Below are positions 51,768-63,624 of a stretch of DNA of 64,000 bases, piece after piece. The stretch is taken from contig NC_058368.1 in NCBI RefSeq assembly GCF_018350175.1, forward strand, positions 189,412,001 to 189,476,000, given 5' to 3'. A model generated the notes under the pieces. The model was not told where the DNA came from. It was given only the letters and a program-made list of their open reading frames with translations, and searched no databases. Position 1 is the first letter of the stretch. Every line of letters begins with the position of its first letter. The translations under genes and the position numbers were made by a program. This DNA comes from Felis catus. Lineage: Eukaryota.

Positions 51768-51827
51768 TCTCTAAACACTGACAAATATCCCCTGGGGGAC
51801 AAAATCACCTCTGCTTAAGAACCACTG
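50158..51827 (-). mobile_element. MER20 split by an L1 (arms 50158-50329 and 51764-51827)
   Basis: CAGGGTTTCTCAA..TGTAGGATGTTCAGCAGCAT and ..CAAATATCCCCTGGGGGACAAAATCACC..AGAACCACTG. Confidence 0.9.
50330..51763 (+). mobile_element. 5'-truncated felid L1 (ORF2 C-terminus and 3'UTR) with (AAT)n tail
   Basis: ORF 50321-50734 reads [37 protein letters not shown] about AATGTCT(T/C)TA. Confidence 0.97.
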
Positions 51828-52994
51828 GACTCTATGAAGACCTAGGGAAAAATCATTCCAGAACAAAAGGACCAGCAGATACAAACCCTATGATGGAAAT
51901 GAGCCTGTTGCTCTGGCAGAAAAAGAAAGGAGGCCAATGTAGATGGAGTGCAGTGAGCAAAGCTTAGACTAAAGCAAGGTGAGATTGGGAAGGGGCCAGC
52001 TCAGGAAGGACCTTGCAGGCCATGGTAGGATTTACACTTAAATCATGAAAACACATTCTTGATAAGGAAGCTTTTAGTCTAATGGAGTAAAGCATAAATG
52101 TGTGAATCCAGATTTTGGAATGTCTATGCTTCAGCAATTAACCAAGGATATCCTTGAACTAATGTTCCATAGTTTGAGGATTCCTCCTGTATCCAAATGC
52201 CCATACCTATGGAAACATTAGAGAAGAATAACCTGGAAGAATCACAATCACCTCCATTCTGGTAATTGTCTCCACAGTTAGGTTACTGTACTGCATTAAT
52301 TCCCCTTCATAAAAATGTTCAACTCATCTTTTAACAAACAGCTTTGCATGAACATCTCCAGTACTAAGTGAAGAAGTACTTAATTTATCACCCTGTGGAC
52401 AGGATCAGGATTGTCAATGGTGAATAAATTGTATGTCACATTCGATTTGTGTTTGGTTTACATGTTATTGTATCAGAGGTTAAAAAAAAGCCTCAAGTTG
52501 CCAGCACAGGAATATCTTTTGGAAAGTTTATTCTGAGACAGGAACAAAAAGATTCTTCTCTTTCTATTTCCCCCAAAGAGAGATATAATTAATGATAATA
52601 CTCTTGCACATTGAAATAAACACACCTTAACATGGTAAGTAACACAGAATTTCTCAGCTGGGTTAGATCTGGGAAAAGTAGTGTTGGAATCTGGAAGACC
52701 AACTCTTCAACACCTTCCAAATCTCAACTAAACAAAAGTTCCTTTCAAAATTACTCAAGCATGATTAATTGAGCTGCAGGCTAAGAAAGTGACTATATGT
52801 CAGAAATAACAATAAAAATAGAGTGTGGAGCAATTTGTAAATGGTGTGGTAGATACAGACTTCAGGTCATATAAAAAAAAAAAGAGGCAAGAAGATTTTG
52901 CAAATAAGCAACATTGACAAAGTGAATAGAAGAGCAAAACACCTGTATCCTCCTTTCAGCTCAATAATCATGGAAGCTATGTGATCCCTCATCT

Positions 52995-53220
52995 AGGGAA
53001 AAGTGTTTGGGGCAAGGAAACAGAGTTTCTAACTTGGATGCCACTAAGCTATGGTCTGACTTTGGCAAATCTCCATGCTCTGCCTCAGTTTTCTTACCAG
53101 CTGAATGGGTATAACAGTAGCAAGTGTACTTACCTCATAGAGTGGGTCAAATAGCATAACATCACAAATATGCAAAAGTTACATATAAAGTATAAAACCT
53201 TTTAAATATGTAAAGAATTA
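52995..53220 (+). mobile_element. MIR SINE
   Basis: TGACTTTGGCAAATC..CTCTGCCTCAGTTTTCTT..ACTTACCTCATAG. Confidence 0.75.
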
Positions 53221-53477
53221 TGGTCAACAAATCACCTGGGGTTTTATCCAATGAATAGTCTTTTTTGGCTGAAAGGAAATTTCAAGTATAAAATTTCATT
53301 TCAAATGGTCCACATAATCCACAGATCCAGATGAATGGTGGAGAATTCTAAGTTTGTTTCCGCTGCATGGAAACTGAGATACAAGAATGAGACAAAAATT
53401 AAAGGTATCTTCTGTAGGCCTGATCTCAATATTTAATTTCATTTATTTACATGCACCCCTCTCCTCATGGAGAATTA

Positions 53478-53920
53478 AATTCATTCATTCATTCATTCAT
53501 TCACTCATTCAACAAATAATTATTGGATACCTACTATTTATAGGGACAGTGATAGGTCCTGGGATATGAAGAATAAAACTAGATCCTTGTCCTTGAGGAC
53601 AACCCTATGGTTGACACACAAGAGAAGAGGGAGCCCCTAACATTCATTGAACATAGGATTATGTCAGCTACTTTCAACATGGTTATATACACTTTAGGAC
53701 CATTTTGTGGGTGACAAACTGAGAAATAGAATGTTTAAAAAATACTTTGCATAAAATCACAAAGCTTCTAACTGGGGAGAAAATCTGAGCCTATTCATGC
53801 ATTCATTCACATTATGTATTTACTGAGCACCTAATATGTGTCTGACACAATGCTAGGCACTGGGGATACAACAGGACATAGACAAAAATCTCTTTCTCAT
53901 GGTGTTTACATAACTGTGCA
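53478..53920 (-). mobile_element. two L2 3' tails (53478-53620 and 53793-53920) flanking a MIR remnant
   Basis: (TTCA)n CAACAAATAATTATTG; TTTACTGAGCACCTAATATGTG..TGCTAGGCACTGGGGATACA. Confidence 0.7.
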
Positions 53921-54039
53921 TACATGCAAGTCTGCCTAACACCAAAAACCCAAGACCTTTCCACAAGATGCTTCCTATGGGTCACCACTATGTGGCAACA
54001 ACAAAAACAACAACAAAAAAAAAAAACAAGAGGGAAAAT

Positions 54040-54071
<32 letters not shown>

Positions 54072-54100
54072 GCACACGCACACACACACACACACACACA
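54040..54100 (+). repeat. interrupted (CA)n microsatellite
   Basis: direct reading. Confidence 0.95.
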
Positions 54101-57100
54101 AAACAAACCCAAATTAATATCCCCAGTAAACCAGAAATCGAGAAAGAATAAAGCCAGATAAAAGAGGTTGCCAGACACTAAAATGTCCTCTTCCAAAATC
54201 TAAATAAAAAATGTTTGCATTTGGTTTGAGTGCCTGGAAGCCCAAAGGCAGGCGGCTCACAGACCACCGACAGCACAAAGACAGTGCCTGTCAGGGCACA
54301 AACATGAAAACCAGCTCTCCACCAGAAGGCCTGAGGTTTACAGGAATTAAAAGGCCTGGGTCCCTGGCTCTTGGAGATGGCGAGACAAGACAGAAACATA
54401 TGCCTGCCCGCCTGGCAACAGCTCTCCCTGGCCTGGAATGAGTATGTCTACAACGTCCAAGGGAAGCTGGCAGCCACGGTGGCCTCGGATGGAGAGAAGC
54501 CACTGCCAGCCAGTACCAGCACGGGGCTTCCCTACAGGCAGCTCTTGCTGAAACAAAGAGGGATGAAGGGAAGCTGTGGATGTCCAGCCTCCAGGCTCAA
54601 ATCTAAAATCGAGAGCAGCGCTGGGCTAATGGAAGGCCGGATCTGCTCCAAAACCCTGACACTGTGTCTGGGATGCAATCTGAGTAATTTCCTGATGACT
54701 CTTCTCTGCATAATGGATTTGAGTTATAAAGGAATTTATGCCCTCAGGACCAAATTACCCAGATAATTGAAGATACAATGAGGGAGAGGGGGGAGAGTAG
54801 AAAAAGAGAGAAAGACCTCAATTACACGGGTTTCTCCTTCACTCTGAACGAGTTCAACATCTGATTCACCATGGTGTTTAATTTTTAAAGTCACTTTACA
54901 TCCATAAACTGCCCTGTCTGGAGTATAGTGAAACTGCATCAAGGCCTAATTTAACGTAGGCCTGCAGACTTTATAGCCTGAGCCCACCACCGTCCACCAC
55001 CCTCGTCCTCCAGGATGAGACTCCACTTCCTGGTTTAAGCCTCACAATCGCAACTAAATCTATGACACTGCATTAAGGGTAGAGAGGCTTAATATTAAAA
55101 TAAGTTCTGCTAAAACCTATAGGCAGCCAGGCTTGCTTTGGGAGCTACAACCTATCCCCCAGTCACAGCTAAGCATCTGATGGTGATTTTAAAGACAGAA
55201 TGGTTTGAATTCCTCAGAGCTGGACACCTACCCTGCTCCTGTTCCTTTCTGCAGTCATTCTCATACTTGAGGAAACACAAGAATTTCTTGCGGAATTGGA
55301 AGCACAAAACCACTAATGGTCTTGTGTGAGTGCATTAAGGGATCTTCAAAGAGATTGTCAAATTCTGTCACCTCTGTGCTGACTTGACACCCAGGCCCAA
55401 GGAAACTGTGTGCCTAGAACATCGCTTTCAGGCTTACCTCTGGGACTAGTGCCTATAAGGCAAATGCCAAATCTTGCTCCATTCCACACTCAGTGGAAGA
55501 AATTTTGAAATGTCAGTGTCTAAAAAAATGACACCAAAGACCCCTTATCCACATGCTTCCTGTGTCTAGGTTCCCCTCACTGCCATAGAATGTGGGAAAA
55601 GAGACACAGAGAAACTACTTTTTTAAATTTTCCCATGATTTAGTCCAGATTTATAGAGAGATTAAGGAATCTCCATTATAGAGTTGTTATTTACCCCAGC
55701 ACAGTATATTGTGTTTATTGACAGAACCTCATTTTGTCAATACATACAGAACTGGATGGACAAATGAATAAAGACAAAGGCTCTGAAATATGACTGGAGT
55801 TCTGAAACCCCAGAATCAGGGCTGTAACAAATGGTGGCTCACATAAGCAAATTTGGTAAGTTATGCATAGAATTTACAAGGCACCCAACACTGGCCTGCT
55901 CAAGTAAAGTCTGCCATGAAGTGCCAAAGGGCTTGGGAGTGGGGGTAGGATAGAGGTGGTGAGTAGTCTATAACAGGTGTTAAACCACTTATTCAAGCAC
56001 TCCCACGAATGGCCTGAAAGATTTTCCCAGAATCCCCCTGCTCTCTATGAGTCACTGTGGGAATAGCAGTGAGGTTTGGAGTTGAGTTATAACCATTCAG
56101 TGAAGCATTTCCCTCCAGACTGTACAAAGGAAAGGGGCTATGTTAGTAAATTTATTGACTATTTCATTAGATCAATATGGAATATGATTTAAAAGGCTCC
56201 GCTCAGGCTCTTTAAATCTATTTAATCAAACCAATTAATAAAAAAAGTAAGAAGTTGAAGCATATCCTGTAAGGTGCATCATAAATATATTCCCTTACTT
56301 GGGCTTTTGATCTCACCCAGGTAATTAACAGCTTTAGTTAAGTTCAGTCATTCCTTCATGCCTGGCTCTGGTCATAAAACCCCCAAGCTATGTGTAGCTC
56401 TTGGATTTATTATGTTTTTCTTAGTGCAAGAATGTCTCTCTCATTCCGTTTTCTCCCCTCCTTGAGAAAGTTTATGTAGCCATTGCTTTTGCAGCTGTCA
56501 TAAAGGCAACACTGGCTAGTGAGCTTTGTACTGCTCAAGAGGCTGCATTCCCTCAGCTGCTGGTATCCAATTCAGTAGCTTCTTCACTCTCATCCAACAA
56601 TTCCACACTAATTCCTCTCTAGGAATGGGGAGATAAAATCATCTCAAAGGCCTGACTTCTCTCCCATTGTCTATCTATTCCCAGCTACTTTTCATGAGTG
56701 AAATGACTTCTCCCTGCTACACAGAATATGGCTTTTATTACAGGATTTGGAGCAGCCTGCTTCCCTGTAACACTGAGGATGAACCATTCTTATCAGCTGC
56801 TCAGTGACCCCACTCTCCTCAAACTTCCTTCAAATCCTTCTCCTACCAGGTCCCCAGTTCCATCTACCTGGCTATGAAGCTTTGAGATGCCTAGTCAAGC
56901 CGACGTATCCACTCAAGTTGGGAGGGAAAGTTCAGTGTCCCTCCAGTGACAGAGTCCGTGTCAGCTTGGGTCTATGAGGCTGAGCATGTAGCTTCATTCT
57001 GCTTTACAAGCAGAGAAATCTCAGTTTGGAAGGGCAGCAAATGTTTCCCCCAAAGCTCTCCTCTGTCTCCATTTGAGAAGCTTGGTAAATATAATTAGCT

Positions 57101-58334
57101 GGGTAACTGCACCAAGGTTCTTCCACAGCTGAAAGCAGAGTCTGAGAAAATAGGACAGTTAGCTATAAAATCCAAACTGTGTGTCAACCGTAGATCTTCT
57201 TAAATAAGTCACAATTCTTTGTGCAAAAAGTGGGGGAGATAAGATTCTCTCTTGATATGACCAGCTTTCCATGGGCAACCAACTTCTGTTTCCATGCACT
57301 GGAAGGCTGGGAAGGCTCACAAAAATTCTACGGGAGGTCTTAAATCAGAGCCATTGCTTTCTTGGTTTAAGACCAATAGCAGCCTATTTTACTTTTGCCT
57401 CCTTCTACTTACTTTGGTCCAATTCAATACATATTTACTAAATCTCCACCATTCTAGACATACTCAGAAAAGACACAAAAGAAATTCAAACCACAGAGGG
57501 AGCACAAGGGTTTTTTTCATCTTTGTAGGAGATGAAAGCAGGCACACGTGAAATGCTCATGTTTAAGACCATATTCGCCTTAACCAGCCCTGCAAACACC
57601 TGTTGACACAAACTTCTGGCCAGCATTCATTCAACATTTCTTGAGCACCTACTCTACACTATACACCAGGCTACAAATGGTGTGCGTATTGTGTGTGATA
57701 AAAAAGTAAGTGAGAAATTACTGATCCCTATGGGCTTACTGTAGAATAGAGGAGGTAGAAGATACCTACAAATAACATCAAGGCTCTTTATACCATGGAA
57801 TTTATATGAATAAAACCCAAAAGAGTTTAATTCAAATCCTCATATCAGTTTAATACAGTCTAAACTGCCAATTCTATTGTACACTGAAACCCCACCAATT
57901 TTTTCAAAACAGGTAAAGGCCCCTTTGATTTAAGTAGATATCTGATTTAGAGAACCTATTTAATGAAGTAATATTTTAAAACTTGTAGTAATTCAAATTA
58001 GTATTGACAGTATATTTAGCAGAGGGTGCACTTGGATAACTACTTGACAAAAATGTATGATTTCTATGTCGGTTGCTTGAAAGCAGGGTTTATAAGACAC
58101 ATGAGGGGAGTTGAAAACTATTCTGTGTTGTTTAACCATTGCAATCATATTACATCATTGCCTTAAAGAGAAAATTTTTTTCCAAGTAATCTTCCTTCCT
58201 AGACTAACATTAGTGTAAGTAGAAACATCCTCTTCTAATAACATGATAAATTTTAGCTCAGCCTCTGTGTAAATAATCACTAATACTGACTTGCAGAAAG
58301 AATAGTCATCATAATTCCTAGAACTTTTTGAGCC

Positions 58335-58500
58335 CTTGTGAAGTGTCAAATGTGAAGCTAAATGCTATAAGCGCATAATCTCACTGATCGTCACAACAAC
58401 CCTACAAGGAAGGTTGTCTTATTAGCTCTGTTTTGCAGATGAAAACATTGAAGCCAAAGGTCCCATAGCTAGTGAAGACTGAATTCAGAGCTCCTACTTT
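58335..58500 (-). mobile_element. MIR SINE
   Basis: TCACAACAACCCTACAAGGAAGG..TTTTGCAGATGAAAACATTGAAGC. Confidence 0.75.
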
Positions 58501-60099
58501 TAAATGAATCCAAAAATCAATGGAGTTGTGTCACATATATGCAGTTCAGGGTTAAAATAAGTAAGTAGGTTGGCAAAAGTCCCAAAAATATCCACAAGCA
58601 CAGAGGGAACAAATGTGATTTTTTCTCTACCAATTTCCTTTAAACCTCCTGATTTCTAGGGGGACCGTTTTTGCTCTGTGCCTCCTGTTCTTTCACCTGC
58701 TCTCCAATCAAAGATGCTCAAGTGGCCAAATCCACTTAAAATATTTTTTTTAAATGTTCCTTCCTCTTGCTTCAGGTGCTTGTCTGTATGAGGTGACTCT
58801 GGGATGCCTGGTGAAGAGAGAGCTTGGAGAATGGCGTGTAATTCCCATCACTAAAATTAAATTATTAATTTTTTATCAATTAATTGGATGAGGATTGGTG
58901 CGAAAGACAGGCCCTCAGCTCGGCAGAGCTCTACTGGGTGCCAGATAAAACAAGAAATACGCCTGGGTGAAATGGGTAAGAGGGGACGAAAAGCCACAGT
59001 AGTAATAAATGTGAGAATCCCCTAGTTTCAGGAGAGGGAGAACAAACCAGCTCCCAGGAGGAGAGACGCAGAATCACTAAGATTTCTCCAAGGGGGCTTT
59101 GACGGAATCAGCCCTCCAGGCCTTGTGAAAAGAAACTCTACTGGTTGCCCAGGAGTTGCTTTTCTTAATTCTCCCCCATACTGAGGAAGATCAAATCCCA
59201 GAGAAGAGAGGTTTCGAGCCCCCCTTTGAACAGATGGAAACTGTTCTTACTCAAAAGACTGTCGTGTTTTTTTTTAAATAAAAATAGTTCATATTTTCTG
59301 GATATATAAATAAATCACACTCATTATAAAAAATATCAACCGATTTACAACACACATTTTTAAAAATGCTTTTTTTTTTTACTTGCCATTCCATTACCCC
59401 AAGTTAACCATTGTTAACATTATAGGAAGCATCATTCCATACATCTCTTTTTGCTTATTGGTAAGTAGTGGACAGCTACGAAAATCCAGTTATTAGTTTT
59501 TTGAACAACTATTTATTGAATACATACTATGTGCCAGCAATCATAATTATACATGGTATTCTTTAACCTTTTTTAATTCAATATTATGATGTGAACTTAT
59601 TTTCATATCAAAGAGGTCTGCATAATTATTTTGAATCATTTCATCAGGTTTGATCATAACCCCAATGATGGGTCTTTAAGGTTTTTGTGACTTCTTGCTA
59701 TCAAAAACAGTTACGCAACAAGAAAACTTTCAAGATGTCTTTGAATATGTCCTCCAAATAAGTCACTTGGAATTCAAAACACCTTATATTTATGTAATAG
59801 TTCACTATTCAAGTTAGTGTCATATTTATAGCATGGTTTCTGTAAAACTCACATCAGAATTGGTCTCATTCACAGTTACATTGCATAAATTCAGCTTTCC
59901 CTAATAAGTTTGAGAGAGCAAAGTTTGACAGAGGAGGAAACTGAATTACAAAATATATGTGTGTATGAAACGGATGGAGAAAGACAGGCCTAAAGATAAT
60001 TCTCTGAAACTGGAAAATATGTATCTCAACAACACCAGGGTGAAGTATAGCATGTGCATATCGACTGGACCAAAAGAAGATTCTAGGAGCCCCACCAAT

Positions 60100-60235
60100 C
60101 CTTCCAGATAAAAAGTTCCCTGAGGATCGAGGTTTTTATCTTACTCACCAATGTATTTCCAGTGCCTAGCTTAGGGCTTGGAATATGACAGGTACTCTAT
60201 ATAATAAATAGTTCTAGATCGAACGAACAAACCAC
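60100..60235 (+). mobile_element. L2 3' end
   Basis: AAGTTCCCTGAGG..TGTATTTCCAGTGCCTAGC..CAGGTACTC. Confidence 0.7.
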
Positions 60236-61029
60236 AAAACAGGTCTTCATGGACTGCTGCAAACCACAGTCAACCTCCCACCCGTGTGCCCACCCCCCTC
60301 AACAATGGAAACTCTGAAATGAAGCAAAGATATTCAGAGCTAATTATATATAGCTCTTATCCTACCATAAATTTCTCATTCTGAAGGAGCTGTGGATAGT
60401 AAGTCTCCTCCAAAGCCATATCAAATCCTTTAACTGAAAGACTTAAGTTGAGGGAGACTGGTAAAAAGTAAATGGAGAAAGATTCTCCCACTGAATGCTT
60501 TATTTTGCCCTTTCTGAAAATTTCCTTCCAACTACTATTAGCAAATTTCATTCATCTCCCCCATCTGTACCCCTCCTCTTCTTCAACCCATAATATTACC
60601 TCACCCTCTGCCTCTTTGTCAGAAATCTGTCTTGTGTACTAATTCATATATACGTACACTGCATATGTAAAGGAGCATTAGCAAGTGGGTGGTTCTTGAA
60701 AATCAGCCATTCATCATGCATATTGATCACTGGGGTAGTATGGTATGAATCAGAGAGCAGCAATCATTAAATCAAAGATTTATACTAGCAAAAGAGCACC
60801 AAAGCAATTCATCAATTCCATACCACCCCTGGTGATTAATTAGGTTCCAATCTGACAGCTTAGAAGCTGGTTCACAATTAAGGCTATTACAGTTAGAGGT
60901 AGGTTTCTTTTCTTTTTTTTTTTCCTTCTCTTTAGGAAGAAAAAACAGTGGGGGAGAGCACTAGTCTGTTGGCTTTATGGCCTCCTTTAGGAAGAAAAAA
61001 GGTGGGGGAGGGCACTTTTCCTTCATAGT

Positions 61030-61180
61030 ATACTTATCACAGTTATAAATAGTGTTATCAACGGGGTTATATGTTCAAATTTTCTCTCCCCATTAGACCA
61101 TATGGTCTTCAAAGCCTTAAAGCTTCTAAAATAGGGCCTAGCACATAGTAGGTGCTCAATAAATATATGTTGAGCAAATG
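61030..61180 (+). mobile_element. L2 3' end
   Basis: GGGCCTAGCACATAGTAGGTGCTCAATAAATATATGTTGA. Confidence 0.8.
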
Positions 61181-61289
61181 CATTTATTAACCAGATATTT
61201 CTGATGCTTCAGCCCAGATGTAGCATAACTTACAATGGGACTTCCAATGTTTCCCACCAGGTCTTGTCCTCTAAAACACTAAACTAAAT

Positions 61290-62160
61290 TGTTGTAGACT
61301 GGAAAACTATCCTAGAAAATTGCCAGCATCAACTAAAGCCAAAAATATGCATTCCCATGACCTAGTAAGTCTAATCCCAGGTATATACCCAATGGAAATG
61401 TAAACAAATATTCACCAAAAGGCATGTCCAAGAATATTTATAGGAGCATTGTGGGGCATCTGGGTGGCCCAGTCAGTTGAGCATCCAACTTCCACTCAGG
61501 TCATGATCTCGTGGTCCACGAGTTTGAGCCCCACATCAGGCTCACTGAGGTCAGCCTGTCAGCGCAGAGCCAGCTTTGGATCCTCTGTCCCCTTCTCTCT
61601 GTCCCTCCCCTGCTTTCACACTCTCAAAAATAAACATTAAAAAAAAAAAAGAAAAAGCACTGTAATTAATAGACCAAACTGGAAACAACCTAATTGCTCA
61701 TCAACAGAAGAATGGGTAAATAAATTGTGTATGGTCATACAATGAAAAACATGAAAAACTACATAGCAGTGAATATGAAGAAAGCATAGCATTATGCAAC
61801 ATGGATAACTCTCACAAACATTATATTGACGGAATGAAACCCGTCATGTGTCCTTCAAACACAAGGAGTGCATGCTGTGTGATTCCACTTATATTATGTT
61901 CAGAAATGGGCAAAACTGAAGTCAGAATAATGATTGCCTTTCAAGGGTTAGTGACTGGACAAGGGCACAAAGAAGGCTTCTGGGGTGCTGGAAAAGTTCT
62001 ATTTCTTCTCTGGAAGACGGTTACAACATGTGTATTCACTTTGTGAGATTCATAAAGCTATTTTCTGTTGTTTCATTTTGGGAAAACAGAGCTATATATA
62101 GCGCTCTTTTCTGTATATATGTGGTAGTTTGAATAAAAATGCATTTAAAAAAAAAAAGAA
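61290..62160 (+). mobile_element. old L1 3' end (L1ME-like) with a SINE insertion
   Basis: GGTATATACCCAA..TTCACCAAAAG; AACTGGAAACAACC; GAAGTCAGAATA..TTCTGGGGTGCTGG..GTTCTATTTCTT. Confidence 0.85.
61453..61655 (+). mobile_element. Can-SINE
   Basis: GGGGCATCTGGGTGGCCCAGTCAGTT head; A-tail; TSD AGCA(T/C)TGT. Confidence 0.95.
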
Positions 62161-62547
62161 TTAACCTGGTTTGTTTTTCTCCATGTGATTGAAAGGTGGT
62201 AAACATCTTCATATATACCCCAGCTCCAAATTCAAATTTCAGACTTGGTGAGGATTCCAAAGAAGGAAGTTAGACTACTTGTCCTTTCAAGTTCCTTTCA
62301 ATCCTAAAATTCTGTGATAACTAACCTTTTTGAACACTGATAGAGAACTCAAGGTCCAGTTGGATTTCTTGTGCTAACCTCGGCCATTCTCAGAAGAGTG
62401 AAATGAGGCAATTAGAGAAGACCATCTGCATCATCTTTCATAATGTCCACCTGCAAAGCAAGTAGGAACTTCCTATAAGTTGTGATGGTTTAGAAGAAAT
62501 GGGTGTGGTAAAGAAATACTGTGGGTTTAAGAAATTCAGAGATTTCT

Positions 62548-62708
62548 GGGGTGCCTGGGTGGCTCAGTCAGTTAAGCGTCTGATGTCGGCTCAGGTCATT
62601 ATCTCGCGGTTTGTGGATTTGAGCCCCACATCGGGCTCTGTGCTGACAGCTCAGAGCCTGGAGCCTTCTCTGGATTCTATGTATCCCTTTCTCTCTGCTC
62701 CTTCCCCA

Positions 62709-62760
<52 letters not shown>

Positions 62761-62791
62761 AACAAACATTAAAAAAAAAGAAAAAAAGAAG
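62548..62791 (+). mobile_element. felid Can-SINE (SINEC_Fc-like)
   Basis: GGGGTGCCTGGGTGGCTCAGTCAGTTAAG; GTGCTGACAGC; (CT)n; TSD about TCAGAGATT(T/C)CT. Confidence 0.97.
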
Positions 62792-63057
62792 AAGATACTC
62801 AGAGATTCCTGAGCATTAGACCAGAAAACCAAGATCTAGATTTATAATAATAAAGCCTTCCATTTTTTTAAGGCTTCCTATATACCAGGCACTGGGTTTA
62901 TTTATATATATTCTTTTTCACATATTCTTTCATTTAATACTTAGAACATCCTTTGAGATAGGTACAGACTGCCTCACTGTAAAGATGGTGAATCACATTC
63001 TCTGTCTGAGCCTCAGATTCACATCTGTTACCACTGGGAATAAAAGCCCATGCCCAT

Positions 63058-63309
63058 ATAGCAGTGGTTATGAAAATAGGCCCTGGAACAAAAATATCAG
63101 GGTTCAAATCCCAGCTAAGTAACTTATGAGGTATGTAACCTTAGTAAAATATTTAATCTCTCTCCAAGTATATCCTCTGCAAAACATAATTATTAATAGT
63201 AATAATCATAACAGGATTATTATAAGAAGTACATGGCTACATATATATATATATACACATAGTATATATATATACACACACATAGTATATATATATATAC
63301 ACACACATA

Positions 63310-63353
<44 letters not shown>

Positions 63354-63415
63354 TATAGCGTTTAGAACTGTGCATGGCACATAGTTGGTCCTCAATCAAT
63401 GGTAGGTGTATATTA
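63058..63415 (+). mobile_element. MIR SINE containing a (TA)n/(CA)n expansion at 63240-63355
   Basis: GGGTTCAAATCCCAGCT..TGTAACCTTAG..TTAGAACTGTGCATGGCACATAG. Confidence 0.8.
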
Positions 63416-63624
63416 ATGTAGATAATTTTTATATTATATATACGTATATACTCTTCGTAAGTGCTATATAACCAGCAAATATTACCTATTCAATTCACAT
63501 AATTTTTAGTAAAACAAAACTGTCAGTAATAGTTCTCTACTGGTTTAGAGTCTATTGGGGATATTTTGGTCTAGATTCCTAAAACCTAGAAGAAATAATT
63601 GTTATATCAGACTCCAAACTTCTT

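Larger units (their letters stand above)
49770..52050 (-). mobile_element. L2 LINE hosting nested MER20 and L1
   Basis: TGTGTACTGAACATTTGCT..GGGAAGACAGTGGTGAA..GAAGTGACATTTGAGCT; resumes at about 51830 GAAGACCTAGGGAAAAATCATTCCAG. Confidence 0.8.

Noticed and set aside
53639..53660. AACATTCATTG matching the miR-181b 5' end
   Set aside because: Lies at a MIR end and diverges after 11 nt
54371..54766. 131-aa plus-strand ORF
   Set aside because: TTG start, overlapping ORFs in several frames due to GC content, no recognisable family
36782..56287. Identical 12-mer GCATCATAAATA at 36782 and 56276
   Set aside because: Shared 12-mers are expected by chance in 64 kb of AT-rich DNA
56727..56750. TATGGCTTTTATT resembling miR-135
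   Set aside because: One T short, 3' part mismatched, no star arm seen
57186..57205. AACCGTAGATC resembling the miR-99/100 5' end
   Set aside because: One seed base missing, 3' half unrelated, no evident hairpin
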